Shown piece after piece: positions 58,463-64,000 of a stretch of DNA of 64,000 bases. Under the pieces are notes generated by a model, which saw only the letters and a list, made by a program, of their open reading frames with translations, was not told the DNA's origin and did not search any database. The stretch is from Candidatus Spongiisociaceae bacterium (GTDB lineage: Bacteria > Actinomycetota > Acidimicrobiia > Spongiisociales > Spongiisociaceae): the NCBI GenBank assembly GCA_965219685.1, contig CBDCOH010000002.1, positions 1,760,001 through 1,824,000 on the forward strand, read 5' to 3'. The translations under genes were made by a program, and so were the position numbers. Within the stretch, counting starts at the first letter, position 1. Each line of letters opens with the position of its first letter.

Positions 58463-59275
58463 TCATCTCGCCGAGTAGCCGCCATCCACGACGAGGACTT
58501 CGCCTGTCATCCACTCGCTGTGGTCGGATGCCAGGAAGGCGGCCGCGGATGCCACGTCGTGGACCGTTCCGAGTCGCGGCCAGGGAGTCAGGTCATGCTC
58601 GGGGTTGTCCCCCATCACGGAGCGGGAGAGCGCCGTCTCGACGAATCCGGGAGATACCGCGTTGACCCTGATCCTGTGCTTCGCGTAGTCGACTGCCAAC
58701 TGCCGGGTGAGTCCTATCACCCCACCCTTCGAAGCCGAGTAGGCCGGCTCCGCGGCGAGCCCGACCATCCCGGCGATGGAGGCAATGTTGACGATGCTTC
58801 CACCGCTCCCGGAGCGAACCATCTGGCCGATCGCCGACTTGCATCCGAGCCATACGCCCTTGAGGTTGACAGCGATCGTCGAGTCGAACTCGGCCTCGGT
58901 CTCCTCAAGGATCGTACGGTGGCCGTGCCAGATCCCCGCGTTGTTGACCATGATGTCGAGGCCGCCCAACTCGGTGACCGCGAGATTCGCGGCCCGTTCC
59001 ATGTCGGATGCCCGGCTCACGTCGGTCTCAACGAAGGTGGCCACGCCCCCGGCGCCTCGTATCAGATCCGCGGTCGGTTCGTGACCGCCCTCCTCATGAG
59101 CGCCGTCCCTGGGCTGTGGCCGGAGGTCCGCGACCAGGATCCCGGCGCCGTCGGCTGCTAGACGGCGGGCGACGGCCCGGCCGATCCCGGAACTGGCGCC
59201 GGTGACGACCGCCACCTTCCCCTCGAGGGGTCGCATGGCGCCTGGCGCGGCCCGGTTACGATTCTGGGAGTCCAT
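58463..59275 (-). CDS. SDR family oxidoreductase
   Basis: TGASSGIG, NNAG, YSASK, VVDGG. Confidence 0.93.
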   Translation of the reverse strand: MDSQNRNRAAPGAMRPLEGKVAVVTGASSGIGRAVARRLAADGAGILVADLRPQPRDGAHEEGGHEPTADLIRGAGGVATFVETDVSRASDMERAANLAVTELGGLDIMVNNAGIWHGHRTILEETEAEFDSTIAVNLKGVWLGCKSAIGQMVRSGSGGSIVNIASIAGMVGLAAEPAYSASKGGVIGLTRQLAVDYAKHRIRVNAVSPGFVETALSRSVMGDNPEHDLTPWPRLGTVHDVASAAAFLASDHSEWMTGEVLVVDGGYSAR

Positions 59276-59353
59276 TACGCCCCTGCTCCGGTCAGCCGCG
59301 GGACCCGATGACCCCGGGCCGGAAACCCGGGACCGGGCACGCCGGATCGAGGA

Positions 59354-60184
59354 TCAGAACTTCTCGTCGACGAAGGTCTGGTCGGTGATGGGCGGACGGA
59401 CGTAGCCGACCCCGGACTGTCGTTCGGGCAGTTCGATGTCATCCCACGGCACATCCTCGTAGGGGATCTGGTGCAGGAGGTGGGCGATGCAGTTGAGGCG
59501 GGCCCGCTTCTTGACATCGGCGTTCACGACGTACCAGGGCGCCTGCTTGATGTCCGTGTGAGCGAAGAGGATGTCCTTGGCCTTGGAGAACTCCACCCAT
59601 CGGGACCTTCCCTCCACGTCCACCGGGGACAGCTTCCAGCGCTTCACGGGATCGGTGATCCGGGACTGGAAGCGTCGCTCCTGCTCAGCGTCGCTCACCG
59701 AGAACCAGTACTTGATCAGGATGATGCCGGACCGTATCAGCATCCGTTCGAACTCGGGACAGGAACGCAGGAACTCGCGGTACTCCTCCTGGGTGCAGAA
59801 GCCCATCACCGGCTCCACGACACCGCGGTTGTACCAGCTGCGGTCGAACAGGACCATCTCACCCGCCGCGGGTAACTCGGCCACATACCGCTGGAACCAC
59901 CATTGGGTCTTCTCCCGGTCACTGGGCGTACCCAGCGCCACAACCCGCACGACGCGGGGGTTCAGGCGTTCGGTGATCCGCTTGATGACACCACCCTTGC
60001 CCGCTGCGTCGCGACCCTCGAAGATGACGACAACCTTCAGGCCCTTGTGCTTGATCCAGCGCTGCAGGCGCACCAACTCCTCTTGGAGCCGTCCCAACTC
60101 GCGCTCGTAGACCTTCCGTTTCAGTTTGGGTCGATCTTGGGGCGGCGCATCCAGTTCGAGCGCCTCTAGGAAATCCACACTCAT
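59354..60184 (-). CDS. ppk2: Polyphosphate kinase 2
   Basis: FEGRDAAGKGG, FDRSWYNR, WKLSP.D, KKRARLNCI. Confidence 0.96.
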   Translation of the reverse strand: MSVDFLEALELDAPPQDRPKLKRKVYERELGRLQEELVRLQRWIKHKGLKVVVIFEGRDAAGKGGVIKRITERLNPRVVRVVALGTPSDREKTQWWFQRYVAELPAAGEMVLFDRSWYNRGVVEPVMGFCTQEEYREFLRSCPEFERMLIRSGIILIKYWFSVSDAEQERRFQSRITDPVKRWKLSPVDVEGRSRWVEFSKAKDILFAHTDIKQAPWYVVNADVKKRARLNCIAHLLHQIPYEDVPWDDIELPERQSGVGYVRPPITDQTFVDEKF

Positions 60185-60217
60185 GCGGTAAGGATAACGA
60201 AGGCTCGCAGTCCGCGA

Positions 60218-61237
60218 CTAGGAGAGAGCGGTCAATACCGCGGGAACAGCCTGTTCGAGCACTCCCTCTCCGTAACCGCCTTCCTGGACCACCACCGTCG
60301 GCAAACCGGTCCGCAAGCTCCGCCCCAAGCGCGGGTAGTCATCAGCTCCCAGGCACAGCACCCCGTCCGTTTCATGGGTGTCGACTCCCAGAGCGACCAC
60401 GACCGCTTCGGCCCCGAACGCGGCGACCGCATGCAGGGCGGTATCAAGAGCCGGTTCGTACCGGGCCCATGTGGACCCGCTCGGGAGCGGCAAGTTGAGG
60501 TTGGCGCCATCACCTTCGCCGGTACCCTTCTCGTCCGGGAACCCGGTGAAGAACGGGAAGTGAACTTCGGGATCGCCGTGGATGGAAACGGTCAGCACGT
60601 CGCCCCGGTCCCAGAAGACCGCCTGGGTGCCGTTGCCGTGGTGAGTGTCGACATCGACAACGGCCACCTTCACTCCCCGGACCGCCAGCCAAGCCGCCGC
60701 CAGAGCGGTGTTGTTCAGGTAGCAGTATCCGCCGAAGGTCGACCGAGCGGCGTGGTGGCCGGGCGGTCGGCTCAGCGCGTAGGCGATCCGCTCCCCGCCG
60801 AGGACTGCCCGTGATGCGCCTATCGCACATGCCGCCGAGGACAGTGCCGCCTGCCACGTACCTTGCAGGATGGGATCGACGTCGTTCGAGTAGACGCCGA
60901 GCTGGGCGTCGACGTGGGTGGGCCGCCTCCAGGGTGTCCCCGGTAGGGGGCGGATGTAGGCCACGGCTTCCCCGCTCCCGGGGGCGCCGGTCTCCTCCCG
61001 CCAGCGCGAGTGGGCCGTGCGGAGGAAGTCCAGGTACTTGCGGTCGTGTACGAGGAGCAGGTCGGCCGGATCGATGTCCTCGGGTCGCCTCACGTCGAAC
61101 CCGCCGACGGCTGACAGGGCGGCCAGGATCCGGTCGGCGCGGGCAGCCGTCTCCGCAGGCGGCAGGAGCACCCCGCCGAACCGGTGCGGTTCCGACGGGT
61201 CATGGAGCCGGGTGTCGGGATCGAAGTAGACGATCAT
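60218..61237 (-). CDS. Histone deacetylase family / acetylpolyamine amidohydrolase-like
   Basis: RPPGHHA, GYCYLNN, DVDTHHGNGTQ, SIHGDP, LGVDT, QEGGY; ATG 61237. Confidence 0.93.
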   Translation of the reverse strand: MIVYFDPDTRLHDPSEPHRFGGVLLPPAETAARADRILAALSAVGGFDVRRPEDIDPADLLLVHDRKYLDFLRTAHSRWREETGAPGSGEAVAYIRPLPGTPWRRPTHVDAQLGVYSNDVDPILQGTWQAALSSAACAIGASRAVLGGERIAYALSRPPGHHAARSTFGGYCYLNNTALAAAWLAVRGVKVAVVDVDTHHGNGTQAVFWDRGDVLTVSIHGDPEVHFPFFTGFPDEKGTGEGDGANLNLPLPSGSTWARYEPALDTALHAVAAFGAEAVVVALGVDTHETDGVLCLGADDYPRLGRSLRTGLPTVVVQEGGYGEGVLEQAVPAVLTALS

Positions 61238-61364
61238 GCGATCCGTGTTGCAGGAGTTCGCCACTGTGTGGCCGGATGATAGGCGCCATTGGTAGAGTGC
61301 TGATAGCAACAAGACACAGATACCCGCGACGGCATGCCTGGAGGCAGAAAGGATCCGTTCCGAA

Positions 61365-62093
61365 TTGGAACCTGTCATCTCCTTCACTGACGTGACCAAG
61401 TACTTCGGAACCACCCACGCCTTGGACCCCGTCGACCTCTCCATCCGTAAGGGCGAGTTCGTATCGCTGGTGGGCCCTTCGGGCTGCGGCAAGTCCACGG
61501 TGCTCCGCCTCGGATCGGGTCTGATCCAACCGACGTCGGGAACCATCGCCCGCTCGTCGGACAACATCGGATACATATTCCAGGAGCCCACGCTCATGCC
61601 ATGGCGGACCGTCGAGCAAAACGTGCGCTTCCTGGGAGAGTTGGACGGCATGAGCCGCGAGGAGAGCAACCGCCGCACGGCGGAGGTCCTCGCCCTCGTC
61701 GGTCTGGAGGAGTTCCGGAAACATTATCCCCTGGCGCTGTCAGGCGGGATGATGATGCGGACCAGCATCGCCCGATCCCTGCTGCTCGACCCGGAGTTGT
61801 TCCTGTTCGACGAGCCTTTCGGGGCACTCGACCAGATAAGCCGGGCACGGCTGAACGCGGAACTCACGGGGTTGTTCGCCGACAGGCGTTTCGCAGCCCT
61901 GTTCGTCACCCACTCTGTCGACGAGGCGGTGTTCCTCGCATCCCGACTCCTGGTGATGAGCAAGCGGCCGGGACGGATCGTCGCCCAATTCGAGATCCCG
62001 TACAGCTTCCCTCGAAACCCGTCGATCAAGTACGAGCCCGAGTTCGCCGTGCTGGCAGGCCAGGTGGCGGCGGCCCTGGCTGAGGCCTCATGA
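61365..62093 (+). CDS. NitT/TauT family ABC ATP-binding protein
   Basis: GPSGCGKST, LSGGM, FDEPFGALD, VTHSVDEA. Confidence 0.93.
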   Translation: MEPVISFTDVTKYFGTTHALDPVDLSIRKGEFVSLVGPSGCGKSTVLRLGSGLIQPTSGTIARSSDNIGYIFQEPTLMPWRTVEQNVRFLGELDGMSREESNRRTAEVLALVGLEEFRKHYPLALSGGMMMRTSIARSLLLDPELFLFDEPFGALDQISRARLNAELTGLFADRRFAALFVTHSVDEAVFLASRLLVMSKRPGRIVAQFEIPYSFPRNPSIKYEPEFAVLAGQVAAALAEAS

Positions 62094-62941
62094 GCGACGC
62101 CCCGGTTCCCAACCCGCAGGAAACCGAGGAGTCGGTGGGAAGAGTCAGATCCCTGCTGCGGGTGGCGGTGCCTCCGACGCTCGTGTTCCTGCTGATCGTT
62201 GGCATCTGGTACGGGATGACCTACTTCGTGCTGGAGCCCGACCGCCGCTTCCTCCTGCCGCCTCCCCACGGACTCGTCCAGGAGGGGATACTCGACCTGG
62301 GGACCCTGGGCGAGATAGCCGGCGGCCTCTACCGGACGACCATGGTTGCTCTCCTGGGCCTCGCCATCGCGTTCGCCCTGGGTTTCTCGATGGCCCTGGT
62401 CATGAGCCAGGCCAAGTGGATAGAGCGATCCCTGTACCCGTGGGCGGTGGTCTGCCAGACCGTTCCGATCCTGGCGATAGTGCCCCTGCTGGGGTTCTGG
62501 TTCGGGTTCGGGCTGATGTCCCGGGTGATCGTGTGCGTGATCATCGCCCTCTTCCCCATCGTGATCAACTCGCTGACCGGCCTGCAATCCGTCGAACCCA
62601 AGCTCCACGACCTTCTCACCCTTCACAAGGCAAACCGCTGGACCCGCGCCTTCAGGCTCCAGGTCCCGGCCGCCCGACCCTTGATCTTCACCGGACTCAG
62701 AACCTCCGCCGGACTGTCGGTGATAGGCGCCATCGTCGGCGACTTCTTCTTCGGTCGTGGCCAGCCCGGCCTCGGAATCCTGCTGGATCGCTACAGCCGC
62801 CGCCTGAAGAGCGAGGAACTGCTCACGGCCGTAATAGCCGCCTGCCTGCTGGGCGTGGTGGTCTTCTGGATCTTCGGCGTGATCGGCAGGCGGGCTGTGG
62901 GCCATTGGGACCCTTCGTGGGCAGACGAACGCCAGAAGTGA
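62090..62941 (+). CDS. NitT/TauT family ABC permease
   Basis: LLPPPH, QTVPILAIVP, LFPI, GAIVGDFF. Confidence 0.92.
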   Translation: MSDAPVPNPQETEESVGRVRSLLRVAVPPTLVFLLIVGIWYGMTYFVLEPDRRFLLPPPHGLVQEGILDLGTLGEIAGGLYRTTMVALLGLAIAFALGFSMALVMSQAKWIERSLYPWAVVCQTVPILAIVPLLGFWFGFGLMSRVIVCVIIALFPIVINSLTGLQSVEPKLHDLLTLHKANRWTRAFRLQVPAARPLIFTGLRTSAGLSVIGAIVGDFFFGRGQPGLGILLDRYSRRLKSEELLTAVIAACLLGVVVFWIFGVIGRRAVGHWDPSWADERQK

Positions 62942-62984
62942 TCTGAGAAAGACCTCAAGACGACAAGAAAGAAAGGATCCACCG

Positions 62985-64000
62985 ATGCAAAGACGACGAG
63001 GAAGGCGATTCAGGATCATGATCGCCACGGTGGCGGTCCTCGCCCTGGTTGCGGCGGCATGCGGCGAGGACGAAGAGCCGACTACCACCACGCAGGCGGC
63101 GACCACCACCGCAGCCGCACCCGACACGACCGCCGCCCCGGAGGAGATGCCCGATGATGCGATGATGACGTCGTTGGCGGGTGTGTGTCCTGATCCGTTG
63201 GTGATCCAGCTGGACTGGGAGCCGGAGTCGGAGCATGGCGGTATCTACCAGTTGGTGGGTGACGGTTACGAGATCGACACTGACGCCAAGAGCGTGCGCG
63301 GTCCGCTGGTGGCCGGCGGCGACGACACCGGTATCGACATCGAGGTCCGCATCGGCGGGTTCGCGGTCGGGTTCCAGCCGGTGCAGTCGCTCATGTACCA
63401 GGACCAGGACATCTTCATGGGCTTCGTCCGGGCCACAGAGGCCATGGCGAGCTATGCGGATGTTCCGATCGTGAGCGTGATGGCCACCTTCGAGAAGAGC
63501 GCCTTCGCCATCTACTGGGATCCGGAGACCTATCCCAACGTGCATCAGATCGCCGATCTCCGAGACGAGGGAGCGACGATCCTGCTGGGACGGCCCGATG
63601 TGTTCCAGGACTGGTGGCTGGCTGAGGGGATCATGGACGAGTCCCAGATGGACCTGACAGACCAGCCCAAGCCGGCCGCGTTCGTCGGCCAGGGCGGCGC
63701 GGTCGCCGAGGCGGGCTTCGCGACTGCCGAGCCTTACATCTACGAGGCGGAGGTTCCCGAGTGGGGCAAGCCGGTCAGGACCCAGTTGATCCACGACACC
63801 GGGTTCGAGGAGTACTTCCAGGCCGTCGGTGTCCGGGCGGCTGACGCGGTGGACTTCGCGGACTGCCTCACAGAAGTGGTCCCGATGATCCAGCAGGCCC
63901 ATGTGGACTTCCTCAACAACCCGGACCCGACCAACCAGTTGATCCTGGAGTTGGTGGACGCCTATGACACCGGCTGGATCTACACCCAGGGCGTGGCCGA
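62985..64000 (+). CDS. NMT1-like ABC substrate-binding lipoprotein (runs off the window; not in ORF track)
   Basis: Manual translation: MQRRRGRRFRIMIATVAVLALVAAACGEDEEPTTTTQAATTTAAAP...CPDPLVIQLDWEPESEHGG. Confidence 0.9.
   Translation, partial: MQRRRGRRFRIMIATVAVLALVAAACGEDEEPTTTTQAATTTAAAPDTTAAPEEMPDDAMMTSLAGVCPDPLVIQLDWEPESEHGGIYQLVGDGYEIDTDAKSVRGPLVAGGDDTGIDIEVRIGGFAVGFQPVQSLMYQDQDIFMGFVRATEAMASYADVPIVSVMATFEKSAFAIYWDPETYPNVHQIADLRDEGATILLGRPDVFQDWWLAEGIMDESQMDLTDQPKPAAFVGQGGAVAEAGFATAEPYIYEAEVPEWGKPVRTQLIHDTGFEEYFQAVGVRAADAVDFADCLTEVVPMIQQAHVDFLNNPDPTNQLILELVDAYDTGWIYTQGVA

Overview
High-GC bacterial DNA, probably Actinomycetota/Acidimicrobiia-like (inferred from Thr/Ala-rich lipoprotein tethers on the solute-binding proteins). 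The window is almost entirely accessory catabolic genes. It holds a peptide-type ABC importer with one hydantoinase/oxoprolinase A gene and two ~86%-identical B genes, and a ~12.3 kb IclR/sugar-ABC catabolic block bracketed by a 412-bp direct repeat (the 3' half of a racemase gene). It also has a divergent glycine-decarboxylase-like gcvPA/gcvPB pair with rewritten substrate motifs, facing an ATP-NAD-kinase-family gene. Further right is an operon of two Rieske oxygenases, a HicB-like protein, a nitrilase, an ABC importer, a racemase and a dihydropyrimidinase, then CoA-transferases, ppk2 and an HDAC-family hydrolase. Structure not in the ORF track includes heptamer tandem-repeat arrays (some inverted), a family of small coiled-coil/TM microproteins, a 112-bp MITE, three candidate ATA starts and several pseudogene remnants. 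I saw no rRNA, tRNA, CRISPR array, integrase or transposase. Product calls come from motif recognition by eye; no database search was run.
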